In this document: piece after piece, positions 1 through 8,434 of the stretch | Position numbering within the stretch: the stretch's first letter is position 1 | Layout: each line of letters begins with the position of its first letter | Source: Phycisphaeraceae bacterium | Lineage (GTDB): Bacteria; Planctomycetota; Phycisphaerae; Phycisphaerales; Phycisphaeraceae | DNA length: 64,000 bases | Assembly (NCBI GenBank): GCA_963674705.1 | Contig: OY771506.1 | Span: 288,001-352,000, forward strand | Direction: 5' to 3' | Position numbers and translations under genes: made by a program | The notes under the pieces: model-generated | Seen by the model: the letters and a program-made list of their open reading frames with translations, nothing else | What the model was told of the DNA's origin: nothing | Databases searched by the model: none

Positions 1-227
1 TATCCCACAACAAGCAGGACTGTTTCACCGGCCTCCCCACTTAGGTCCTGACATCCCACCCGTCCGAATCGGACGAGAGCAAGATCGGTCAAAAGACCGT
101 CACATCCATGTGATTGTTAATCCCGGCGGGATTACCCCGATCTCGATAGAGACCGGCCCCTGATCGTCCCACCGATCCACCGGGCATTAACTGTTAAGTC
201 GTTCCTAAACGACCATTATAAATAAAC

Positions 228-1700
228 TTAGAAGTCCAGAGTGCCTGTACCGAACACGTCCGTGTTGAAGTTACGGTCAAGCACGAAGCCGAACCCATAG
301 GTCATACGCAGGCCGTTGCGGAAGATCGCCAAAGGCGTCGCCGGAAGGTTCGTGCCGATGTTGATCACATCGTTGGCCTTGAGGAACAAGTCCGGCTCGG
401 TGCCGTTGAAGATCGCCCGCAGATCAATCCTAACGGTCGATTCTTGATCGTTGCCGATACGACGGATCAAGTCAACCCGCTCCGGCACACCAATCGCCGA
501 CAGACCACCACCGGAAACGATCAGCTGCTTAAGCGTTAAGTCTTTTTCGCCAGGAATGTTATACGCACCAGGACGGTTGATCGCCCCACCCAGATACACG
601 AAACCACCCTGCTGACCCGGGACCTTGATGATGTCGCCGGGGCGGATGACGATGTTGTAACGCATGTCGCCGGCGTTCAGCCGGTCATAAGGCACCTCGA
701 TCACACGCTGGGTCACGTATTGCGAAAGTTCCTCCGCCTTCGAGATCGCCGCGTCTCCTTCAGCACTGCTGCCATCTTCTGCGCCGACGCGAACCCACTC
801 GCCACCGACGTTCACCCATTGAGCCCGGGTCGCGCCTTGATCCAGGCTCGATTCCAGACCGGCCGGGGCGGGCTCGTTTTGCTTCTTATCAGGCGTGACC
901 GCCGGCGTTGAACCGGCGCCACTGTCCATGTTCATCAACTCATCGATCAGCTGCGAAGGATCGGTCGGTGCGGGCGGTGCCGCTTCAACCGGTTCATCGC
1001 CCTCATCACCCACGCCCGCCGGAACCATGCCCGCCACGTCGGCGGTCAGCGGGGTTGTACGGATCACCAGCAGGCGCTGCGTACGGTCGGGTACGCCGTT
1101 CGCCATCGCCAGCGCATCCAACAGACGGAAGTCCGGTCGCGGAATGGTGAACAGACCCGAACGCGTGCCGCCTTGCAAAGGCGACGCCGTGACGGTGAAT
1201 GTGTTGAGTGTCGAACCTTGCAGGATCACGCTGACGGTTGCGTCGCGGATGATGTCGCGACGTTCAAGCAAGTCAGCGATGTGAGCTTCCAGTTGCGAAG
1301 CGGTTTTACCCGCGGCTTTGACCGCACCAACGAAAGGCAATCGCACCATGCCGGTGCCGTCGATCTGCCTTTGGTAAGCGGCTTCCTGGCCGGGATCAAC
1401 CAGCTCAAAGATGATCACCGCGATCGTGTCTTGCGGAGCAAGCGTGTACTCATTGAAGTCAGGCCGCAGGTCCGCGGGTGTGACTTCGCTGAGATCTACT
1501 TCTAATAGATCGCTGCTTTCGATCACGTCGATCCGGTCGAGGATCGGCATGGTGATCGGTGTGTGTTCCCAACGGCCGACGACTGATGGGTCCATCCAGG
1601 AGTCCGTCTCACAGCCGATGGGGCCGGCCGCTAATACCGCACCCAACAGCGTTGCCAAGCCGATCCGACTCTGCCAGTTCCGGTTTCTATTTTGCGTCAC
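228..1700 (-). CDS. Polysaccharide biosynthesis/export family protein (Wza-like, Poly_export + SLBB domains), probable lipoprotein
   Basis: EYTLAPQDTIAVIIFE...IDGTGMVRLPFVGAVKAAGKT (Poly_export) and VYLGGAINRPGAY (SLBB); hydrophobic leader ending PIG-C; GTG at 1700 preceded by AGGAG. Confidence 0.85.
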   Translation of the reverse strand: MTQNRNRNWQSRIGLATLLGAVLAAGPIGCETDSWMDPSVVGRWEHTPITMPILDRIDVIESSDLLEVDLSEVTPADLRPDFNEYTLAPQDTIAVIIFELVDPGQEAAYQRQIDGTGMVRLPFVGAVKAAGKTASQLEAHIADLLERRDIIRDATVSVILQGSTLNTFTVTASPLQGGTRSGLFTIPRPDFRLLDALAMANGVPDRTQRLLVIRTTPLTADVAGMVPAGVGDEGDEPVEAAPPAPTDPSQLIDELMNMDSGAGSTPAVTPDKKQNEPAPAGLESSLDQGATRAQWVNVGGEWVRVGAEDGSSAEGDAAISKAEELSQYVTQRVIEVPYDRLNAGDMRYNIVIRPGDIIKVPGQQGGFVYLGGAINRPGAYNIPGEKDLTLKQLIVSGGGLSAIGVPERVDLIRRIGNDQESTVRIDLRAIFNGTEPDLFLKANDVINIGTNLPATPLAIFRNGLRMTYGFGFVLDRNFNTDVFGTGTLDF

Positions 1701-2091
1701 CGCTCGCTCCTGCCTCAAGGTCAAATAGGAGGTTGTGTTGTCCCGTCGTTGTCGGCCCACCACCTCGGGTTACATGGGCTGTGGTCCTACCCACAAGCCC
1801 CCTATCTTAAAGCAAATCCAAATCAAAAGCATCTTGCATCCACCGGGCTCCCGGCACCCGGCCCAGACCCGCCGATCCGCCCCGCCCGGACCCAATCCGT
1901 ACAGGGCATACGTTAGCCGGCAAGTCTTCTTCAAGCATCGGCCTATCGCAAGCCGGACCTGATTGACCCCGCACTCGTTTCCATAATTCAAACGATACAA
2001 CCCCTTTAATCCGCATGTTTGCCCTTGCCTCGCCATTAACTGACAATATCCTTGTCCGGTAATCAGTTAGGTCGATCAAAGTGAGACAAAT

Positions 2092-3102
2092 ATGTCCCAA
2101 CCTGCCAAAACCTGCATCATCGGCGACGGCGCTATGGCGACCGTCCTGGCCCTTCTATTAGAGAGTAAGGGCATGGATGTCACGCTCTGGGGCGTGTTCC
2201 CGGACCATCTGGCCGAACTCATCCAGACACGCGAGAACCGCCGGTACCTGCCCGGCTACCGCCTGCCGGACCGGATCCACGTCACGCCCAGCGAGCAACG
2301 GGCCCTTGGCGGGGCCGAATTGATCGTCAACGCCGTACCGACCCAGTTCATCCGCAGCGTCTGGCAGCGGATCGCCCCGCACGTCGCGGCCGGCACCCCG
2401 ATCGCCAGCATCGCCAAGGGCGTTGAGACTGATACGACGCTCAGGCCCACGCAGATCATCGCGGATGTCCTGGAATCTCCGGGCCCGCTCGCCGCCATCT
2501 CCGGCCCGAGCGTCGCCGATGAACTGGCACGCTGCCTGCCCGCGACCGTCTGTGCCGCCAGCGAGCACGCCGCGTTCGCCGAGAAGCTGCAGCAGACGTT
2601 CACCACGCACTGGTTCCGCGTCTATACGAATAACGACTTGCTTGGCACGGAGTTAGCCGGCGCGACCAAGAACGTCATCGCGCTGGCCGCCGGTATCCTC
2701 GACGGCCTGCAGGCCGGCAACAACGCCAAAAGCGCCTTGCTGTCGCGCGGCCTGGCGGAGATCACCCGGCTCGGTACCGCAATGGGCGCGAGCGCCGAAA
2801 CGTTCTTCGGCGTGGCCGGCGTCGGCGACCTGGCGACCACCTGCTTCAGCCCGACCGGCCGCAACCGAACCTGTGGCGAGCAGTTAGGTAGAGGCCGCAA
2901 ACTCGACACCGTCCTCAACGAGATGCCCGGCGTCGTGGAAGGCGTCCCGACCACCAAGGCCGTGGTCGAACTGGCGAAAAAATTCAACGTCGAGATGCCG
3001 ATCACCCAGACGGTGCACAAGGTCCTCTTCGAAGGACTCGACCCGCTGGAAGGTATCAGCCAACTGATGAACCGCGAACCGAAACCGGAAACGATCGGCT
3101 AA
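2092..3102 (+). CDS. gpsA: NAD(P)H-dependent glycerol-3-phosphate dehydrogenase
   Basis: IIGDGAMA Rossmann motif, ELAGATKNVIALAAG, GVGDLATTCFS, GRNR, VVEGVPTT. Confidence 0.95.
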   Translation: MSQPAKTCIIGDGAMATVLALLLESKGMDVTLWGVFPDHLAELIQTRENRRYLPGYRLPDRIHVTPSEQRALGGAELIVNAVPTQFIRSVWQRIAPHVAAGTPIASIAKGVETDTTLRPTQIIADVLESPGPLAAISGPSVADELARCLPATVCAASEHAAFAEKLQQTFTTHWFRVYTNNDLLGTELAGATKNVIALAAGILDGLQAGNNAKSALLSRGLAEITRLGTAMGASAETFFGVAGVGDLATTCFSPTGRNRTCGEQLGRGRKLDTVLNEMPGVVEGVPTTKAVVELAKKFNVEMPITQTVHKVLFEGLDPLEGISQLMNREPKPETIG

Positions 3103-3322
3103 ACCAGATCGCGCCCGACCGCAAATTCCGCGCACACACCACCCCACTTATCCACCACTATATGCGCGCACGGTCCTGTCGTGATTGTGCGGCGTGCGCA
3201 TGTTTGAGACAACCATAAGATCGCACAATCACGATATAAACATGCGCACAAGGCACAAGCGCGTGAGAGCAGAACGCAAACTGCTGGAGACCTTCGGTCG
3301 GCTGAGCTGAATCAGCGGGATC

Positions 3323-3407
3323 GGGAGACCCGCGCCGAGCGCGGCAGGATTTTGTATAGCCGCGGCCAGTGGCCGCGCGGATTTGTGGTTGTTGATGCGA
3401 AGAGCGC
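3323..3407 (+). repeat. Left copy of 85-bp imperfect direct repeat flanking the RAYT island (REP mosaic)
   Basis: Ungapped alignment to 8517-8601, 69/85 identical by hand count. Confidence 0.8.
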
Positions 3408-3412
3408 CAAAG

Positions 3413-3433
3413 AAACGGGTTCAGACCCCGTTT
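3413..3433. repeat. REP-like 21-bp palindrome, copy 1 (overlaps RAYT stop codon)
   Basis: AAACGGGTTCAGACCCCGTTT, one mismatch in the stem. Confidence 0.9.
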
Positions 3434-4136
3434 ATGGGGAAGCCTTCGGTCGCCCCGGTCTGCGGACGGTGGATTCGAGGCCGAAGGTTTGGATGGTGCA
3501 GTTTCGCCATTGGTCATTGCCGAATGGTGAACAGCGGTTGGCGCTGGTGCGCAGCGCGTTCAGTTCGTCTTCGCTGAGCGGCGTGTTGACGGTCCGTAGC
3601 CAGTTGCGGGGTCGGCCGCGTTGGGGCGATGTCAAACCACGGATAGGCCAATCGCTGAGTAGTTGCTGTTGATCAGTATCGCCAGACTTCCAACGCCATA
3701 ATCCTGACCATCTCCACGCTGCCGCCGACTCCACCAATCCCGCACGCATCGCGTTGCGTTCGACGTATCGGCAGACGGTCAGCAGATGTTCGTTGCTCTG
3801 GATCAGAAAGGATTTGAATCGCCCCTGGTACAACGCCCCGTCTCCCACGCTCTTATGTGCAACCCGGTAACGCCCGGCGTGGGTCGTGGTCAACCACTGC
3901 ATGAACGGGCCAAGCGCGCCGTCGGCCTCTGTCTTGAGGACCAGGTGCCAGTGGTTACCCATCATGCAGTAGGTCAGCAGCCGGACATCGCCGCCGCTGC
4001 GTTCGACCGCTTCGGCCAGGACCTTTTCGAACGCTTCGAAGTCGCCATCCTTGCGGAACATCCGCCACCGACCGGCCGTACGGTTCAGGACGTGGTAAGC
4101 ATAGCCGCCGACATCAACGCGTGGAGATCTTGGCAT
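3432..4136 (-). mobile_element. REP-associated tyrosine (Y1/HUH) transposase, RAYT-like, 234 aa
   Basis: YHVLNR, YCMMGNHWHLVL (HUH), LYQGRFKS, RYVERN (catalytic Tyr), WRWS; palindromes immediately up- and downstream. Confidence 0.92.
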
Positions 4137-4170
4137 GCGGGTAGTTTAGGTCCGATCGCCAAGCCCGCCC

Positions 4171-4191
4171 AAACGGGGTCTGACCCCGTTT
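4171..4191. repeat. REP-like 21-bp palindrome, copy 2 (upstream of RAYT)
   Basis: Perfect AAACGGGGTC-T-GACCCCGTTT. Confidence 0.95.
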
Positions 4192-4208
4192 CTTCTCCAA
4201 ATGCCTGA

Positions 4209-5213
4209 TTAATTATTATTGGGAGGGATAATTGATACAAAATATTCGCCATACATTGCTGAATATCCCTGGAGAACCTGACTTAAAACACCCTGTTTGG
4301 TTATATGATTACCATTCTTGTCTATCCACACCCAAGCCGTCCCCAAATCAACTAACGCACGATCATTGACGAATTTTGAGCCATGGTTGTATTTACATGA
4401 AATGTCAATTATACCTCGCTTATTGACATAACCAACTTTACCTTGCATGACTACAGCAGCAAGATCTTCTGAAAAGATATCCGCCTCTTCAAACTGCGGC
4501 TTGATGACTATGTTTGCATCCTTATCAATATAAGCCCACTTTCTTTCATCATTATCAACCAGAACTGGCGCGTACCCATCAGAAAATCCTTTTGCATCAT
4601 AATATTTTGGCTCGATCACGAGCTGAAAATGTTCATCTACGAAGCCCCATAAGTTAGAATCCTGCATTTTTACGGCTCGTAGTCCTTCACGCAAAACTCC
4701 ACTGTCTAGATACTTTACCACTAAATCACCATCGTGATTAAAAAACATCGCGCCTGATGGATTTTTAATACGTCCATAGCCACCATAATAATCATCAACG
4801 ATACCTTTATACATAGGTTTAACTATATACTGCCCATCACGGTCAATGTAAGCACACAATATACCGTCTTCAGATTTCACATATACCGCAGCTATACCTT
4901 CGTGAAATAAACGCACATCATAGAATGTGTTACTACCCACAAATTCACCGGATTCGTTAATTAAATGCCATTTATCTCCAAGCAAAACAAAACCGCGACC
5001 TTGGCTAAAATCAAGCACTTCATCGTACTTAGCAGGTACGACAACGTTTCCATTCTGATCCTTGAAGCCTCCACGTGTATCAGCTGTATAAAAGACCTTC
5101 CATTGATCTGACGGCCATGTTCTGGTATCAGAATACGAGATATCACCACCGTACGATAACTGGACACTAGCAATTAAACACACTGCTATTAATAAATAGT
5201 AAATTTTTATCAT
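4209..5213 (-). CDS. WG-repeat (WG_beta_rep) secreted protein, AT-rich
   Basis: Signal peptide; repeated WGFVD/WAYID/VGYVN...VIEPKY...FSDG units; 32-45% GC in spot counts. Confidence 0.88.
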   Translation of the reverse strand: MIKIYYLLIAVCLIASVQLSYGGDISYSDTRTWPSDQWKVFYTADTRGGFKDQNGNVVVPAKYDEVLDFSQGRGFVLLGDKWHLINESGEFVGSNTFYDVRLFHEGIAAVYVKSEDGILCAYIDRDGQYIVKPMYKGIVDDYYGGYGRIKNPSGAMFFNHDGDLVVKYLDSGVLREGLRAVKMQDSNLWGFVDEHFQLVIEPKYYDAKGFSDGYAPVLVDNDERKWAYIDKDANIVIKPQFEEADIFSEDLAAVVMQGKVGYVNKRGIIDISCKYNHGSKFVNDRALVDLGTAWVWIDKNGNHITKQGVLSQVLQGYSAMYGEYFVSIIPPNNN

Positions 5214-5252
5214 AACTATACTATCGGTAATGTGAACACTATAAATTTATGA

Positions 5253-5508
5253 TTATTTCGCTTTACGATTGTAGACCTGAAAAGCTACTGAATCATTATC
5301 TGAATCACCCCATACCCTCGCAGTAACATAATAACAACACCCATCGCCAGGATATGTAAAGCGACCTGTACCTGATATGTACATTTTACCAGAACCTTTG
5401 TGCCATTCCGCATGTCCCGTATCCCAATGTTCAGAACATACGACGGAAGGATCATAAGATGTTTTAGTCATATTACTTATATCTAAACTAACCTGGGATA
5501 CACCTCCG
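5253..5508 (-). pseudogene. Probable 3' fragment of an unknown AT-rich gene (possible polymorphic-toxin C-terminus)
   Basis: Frame of ORF 5253-5471 stays open upstream (GGVSQVSLDISN-MTKT) up to the REP junction at 5508/5509; ends 39 nt before the WG gene. Confidence 0.55.
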
Positions 5509-5514
5509 AGGAAG

Positions 5515-5535
5515 AAACGGGGTCTGACCCTGTTT
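5515..5535. repeat. REP-like 21-bp palindrome, copy 3
   Basis: AAACGGGGTCTGACCCTGTTT; 5509-5538 is identical to 8473-8502. Confidence 0.92.
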
Positions 5536-5734
5536 TTCCGAGCACCAGCCGGTGATCCAGATATTCTAAAGGATTATCCTTGAAACGCGCGACGGCCCAT
5601 GCGATACTGGTCATCCGTGACCTCCTGTGATGTTGTTGTTAGAACACCACCATCATCGCAGGAGGTTCATTATTGCGCCAGTGCAACGTAACGCGCGCTA
5701 TCAAAATAACTTACGGCTTAAGTTTGCGGCGTTC
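5536..5734 (-). mobile_element. Probable IS left-end remnant (IS4-like): terminal sequence, RBS hairpin and first ~25 transposase codons
   Basis: Minus strand begins GAACGCCGCAAACTTAAG; AGGAGG then ATG at 5614 gives MTSIAWAVARFKDNPLEYLDHRLV, which runs into a REP; hairpin 5620-5667 sequesters the RBS. Family call is from recalled resemblance only. Confidence 0.45.
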
Positions 5735-5750
5735 GGGTCTGACCCCGTTT
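5735..5750. repeat. REP-like palindrome, copy 4 (left arm truncated by the putative IS end)
   Basis: GGGTCTGACCCCGTTT followed by CTTCCT. Confidence 0.85.
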
Positions 5751-5756
5751 CTTCCT

Positions 5757-5820
5757 CGGCCGTACGGTTCAGGACGTGGTAAGCATAGCCGCCGACATCA
5801 ATGCGGGGAGGTCTTGGCAT
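5757..5820 (-). pseudogene. 5' fragment of a second, paralogous RAYT gene
   Basis: MPRPPRIDVGGYAYHVLNRTA; 5757-5875 closely matches 4073-4191, including upstream region and REP. Confidence 0.92.
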
Positions 5821-5849
5821 GCGGGTAGTTTAGAGCCGGTCGCCAAGCC

Positions 5850-5930
5850 CGTCAAAACGGGGTCTGACCCCGTTTCTCGTTCGTCAAAACGGGGTCTGAC
5901 CCCGTTTCTCGTTTGACCCCGTTTCTCGTT
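5850..5930 (+). repeat. Tandem REP duplication: 32-bp unit x2 plus 17-bp partial (REP copies 5, 6 and a half copy)
   Basis: CGTCAAAACGGGGTCTGACCCCGTTTCTCGTT at 5850-5881 and 5882-5913; TGACCCCGTTTCTCGTT at 5914-5930. Confidence 0.95.
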
Positions 5931-5931
5931 G

Positions 5932-6075
5932 AAAGAACATACAAGTATTGCAGTAGAGGCATTGGTTAGTGGAGGTGCTAGTCGTCAAGAAGCACGAGAA
6001 CTTGTTACTGAATCATTAATTAATCTTCGAAAGCAAGGTGTTACACAACCAACGAGTATTCCTTGGAATCCGTAA
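5932..6075 (+). pseudogene. Start-less 47-aa 3' gene tail resembling a polymorphic toxin C-terminus
   Basis: Hand translation KEHTSIAVEALVSGGASRQEARELVTESLINLRKQGVTQPTSIPWNP*; starts at the REP junction; AT-rich; not in the ORF track. Confidence 0.65.
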
Positions 6076-6101
6076 GAAGATCTACTTAAAGGAAATGCGA
6101 G

Positions 6102-6458
6102 ATGTCGCAAAATGCTTTAGATAAATTTGGGCAAATACTAATGCTCAAGGTTAGAGATGAAACCATCACAGACTGGGGGATGATCGTCTCAGGTAAGATG
6201 CTTGGTGAACATGCAGAGCGTATGCGCAAAATCTTTCAGAAGTTAAGTTCAGAGGAACTGCAGATAATTGATAAACTTGTTCCTGAAGTCGTAGACACGG
6301 TACTACATCATCTATTATGGACAATTGAACAGCAAGACGATCTTATCTTAAGTATCCGTGACCATAAATCAGTAATTGATTTGAAAAGAGTTTCTGATGG
6401 CTTGCCAGGAGAGTTGTATACTAATGAGGGATGGATAGCGAGATTCAGCAAACAATAA
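6102..6458 (+). CDS. Small AT-rich hypothetical protein, putative immunity protein
   Basis: 118 aa, AAGGA RBS, 26 nt after the toxin-like tail; LDKFG...VRDETI..W and SDGLPGELY..GWIARFS segments. Confidence 0.7.
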   Translation: MSQNALDKFGQILMLKVRDETITDWGMIVSGKMLGEHAERMRKIFQKLSSEELQIIDKLVPEVVDTVLHHLLWTIEQQDDLILSIRDHKSVIDLKRVSDGLPGELYTNEGWIARFSKQ

Positions 6459-6466
6459 TGGGAAGA

Positions 6467-6748
6467 GGCGGATTCAATTCCGAAGCGCAACACCGGGTAA
6501 GGCGTTAAGGACCTCGATCGGGGTGCGGTAGTCGAGGCACTTTCTTGGACGATTGTTAAGCATCTGCTGGACGCGTGCAAGCCGGGCGTTGCTTACGTGG
6601 CGGAAGTCGCTGCCTTTGGGGAAGAACTCGCAGAGCAGGACGTTGGTGTTTTCGTTGGCGCCGCGCTGCCAGGTCGCGTGGGGATTGGCGAAGTAGACCT
6701 TCATCTGCAGTGTGCGCTCGATCGAGGCGAAGTCGGCGAACTCCTTGC
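6467..6748 (-). mobile_element. IS30-family remnant: transposase C-terminus and right end
   Basis: KEFA...YFANPHATWQRGANENTN.LL.EFFPKGSDF...LNNRPRKCLDYRTP...GVALRN; terminal GGCGGATTCAA at 6467. Confidence 0.9.
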
Positions 6749-6749
6749 G

Positions 6750-6770
6750 AAAGTAGAATGTTCCCTTTTC
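6750..6770. repeat. Imperfect palindrome of a second REP-like family at the IS30 breakpoint
   Basis: AAAGTAGAATGTTCCCTTTTC; IS30 homology stops here. Confidence 0.55.
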
Positions 6771-7001
6771 CCTGTTTGCGTATGAGCGATAGGCGAGTTG
6801 TGGAAGGTGTGTGGTGTTTGTCCCGGGTTGTTCACTTAAAGCGCAGAACATGGCGTGACTGGTGGTCGCGGCTATACATGTTGCATACGAGCTGGATGCG
6901 CCCGCCTTACTTTTTTTAGTTTTTTTCGCGAACTTTGCCCACCCGGGCTCGTAGCATTGAAGATAGGGGGAGTTAAAAAAAGTAAATAAGGACATAAGCA
7001 T

Positions 7002-8228
7002 ATGACAAGCATATTACAGAATAACATGACAACGCCTCCTGCATCTGACAGCGAGCCGATGCTGGATTTGCCTATGGAACTTCAGCAGATGCTTTTGCAG
7101 GCGGTGGAACAGGATGCGAGCGATATTCACCTGGACAGCGGCTCGTCGAGGCCTGCGCTTCGTTTCCGGGTAGACAGCACTTTGTATGTCCAGCGTCGAT
7201 TGGAAAGTAAAGAAAGCGCGTTGCGTTTGATCAACCAGGTGCGGGTGTCGGCGGGCATGCATATTGATGCGATCTGGACGCCGGAGCAGGGGCAGTTCCG
7301 TTGGCGATGGAAAGACAAAGTGGTGGACATCCGGGTTACCGTTGCGCCGACGGTGCCGGACAACCTGGCGCTACACATGCGACTGCTTCGGCCGCCGCAT
7401 CAGTTGCACGGGCTGGATGAACTGGGCTTATCCGAAAGCAACCTGCAAACCGTACGTAACACTTTAAAACGGTCGGATGGTTTGATCCTGATCTCCGGGC
7501 CGACCGGCGGGGGCAAGACAACCACGCTTTACGCGATGCTCGATAGCGGCATGTTTGATGACAAGTTGATCGCAACGGTGGAAGACCCGGTCGAGTATGA
7601 ATTACCTGACGCCAGGCAGCTTGAGGTGGACCCGAAACATGAATTGACGATGGCGGAAGGCCTGCGGACGTTGTTGCGGATGGACCCGGATGTCCTGGCG
7701 GTCGGCGAGATACGCGATAGTGCGTCCGCGTCGACGACAGCGATGGCGGCGCTGGCGGGTCGGCTTGTGTTGGCGACGATCCACGCGCAGGATGCGGCGA
7801 GCACGATCACCGCTTTTCACCGCATGGGTGTGCCGTACTACGTCATCGGACACACGTTACGGCTTGTGATCAATCAACGCATGATGCGCAAGCTATGCAG
7901 GCATTGCGCCAACAGCAGGACACTCGAGAAACATGAAGAAGAGCTGTTTAAATCGTACGGCATTGAGGTTCCCCAAACCCTGTACGACCCGAACGGTTGT
8001 TCGCAGTGTCACGAGCGCGGATTCCACGGGCTCGTAGGTATCTTTGAAACGCTGGCGACCAACAATCAGTTCGGCTACTGGCTGTCGGAGGGTCGAACCC
8101 CTCCGGCGATCCAGCAGCGTATCGGCGAACAAGGCTGTCAACCGCTGATCGCCTGCGCGCTTGAAAAAGCAGCGAAGGGCCAGACCTCGATGTCGGAGGT
8201 CCACGCCCTGATGAATCAATATGATTGA
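7002..8228 (+). CDS. GspE/PulE/PilB-family secretion ATPase lacking N-terminal MshEN-type domains
   Basis: ASDIHL, Walker A GPTGGGKTT, TVEDPVE, LRMDPDVLAVGEIRD, TIHA, CRHC/CSQC zinc motif. Confidence 0.92.
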   Translation: MTSILQNNMTTPPASDSEPMLDLPMELQQMLLQAVEQDASDIHLDSGSSRPALRFRVDSTLYVQRRLESKESALRLINQVRVSAGMHIDAIWTPEQGQFRWRWKDKVVDIRVTVAPTVPDNLALHMRLLRPPHQLHGLDELGLSESNLQTVRNTLKRSDGLILISGPTGGGKTTTLYAMLDSGMFDDKLIATVEDPVEYELPDARQLEVDPKHELTMAEGLRTLLRMDPDVLAVGEIRDSASASTTAMAALAGRLVLATIHAQDAASTITAFHRMGVPYYVIGHTLRLVINQRMMRKLCRHCANSRTLEKHEEELFKSYGIEVPQTLYDPNGCSQCHERGFHGLVGIFETLATNNQFGYWLSEGRTPPAIQQRIGEQGCQPLIACALEKAAKGQTSMSEVHALMNQYD

Positions 8229-8248
8229 TGCCTGAAGATGTATCAGCG

Positions 8249-8326
8249 AAAAGGGGCGGGAGTCGTTTCTATGAAGCGGGTGGTCAGTTTCCGCTTTAAA
8301 CATAACGACTCCCGGCCCTCTTTTTT
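8249..8326 (+). terminator. Long hairpin with T-tail after the ATPase gene
   Basis: GGGGCGGGAGTCGTT...AACGACTCCCGGCCCTC-TTTTTT. Confidence 0.6.
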
Positions 8327-8434
8327 ATTGAAGGGATTGAGGCTTTGTTGAGTTTAAAAACGCGGACAGATCAATCCGCATGCCGGGTGCGGATGAGTGT
8401 GAATCCGCCGATTGTCAGCAGGATAAGTGATGCG

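Noticed and set aside
5850..5930. CRISPR array (32-bp palindromic repeat)
   Set aside because: Copies are directly adjacent with no spacers, there are no cas genes, and the unit is the RAYT-linked palindrome
6474..7001. 175-aa ORF as an intact gene
   Set aside because: Only the last ~90 aa are IS30 transposase; the N-terminal half reads through repeats and the ATPase upstream region
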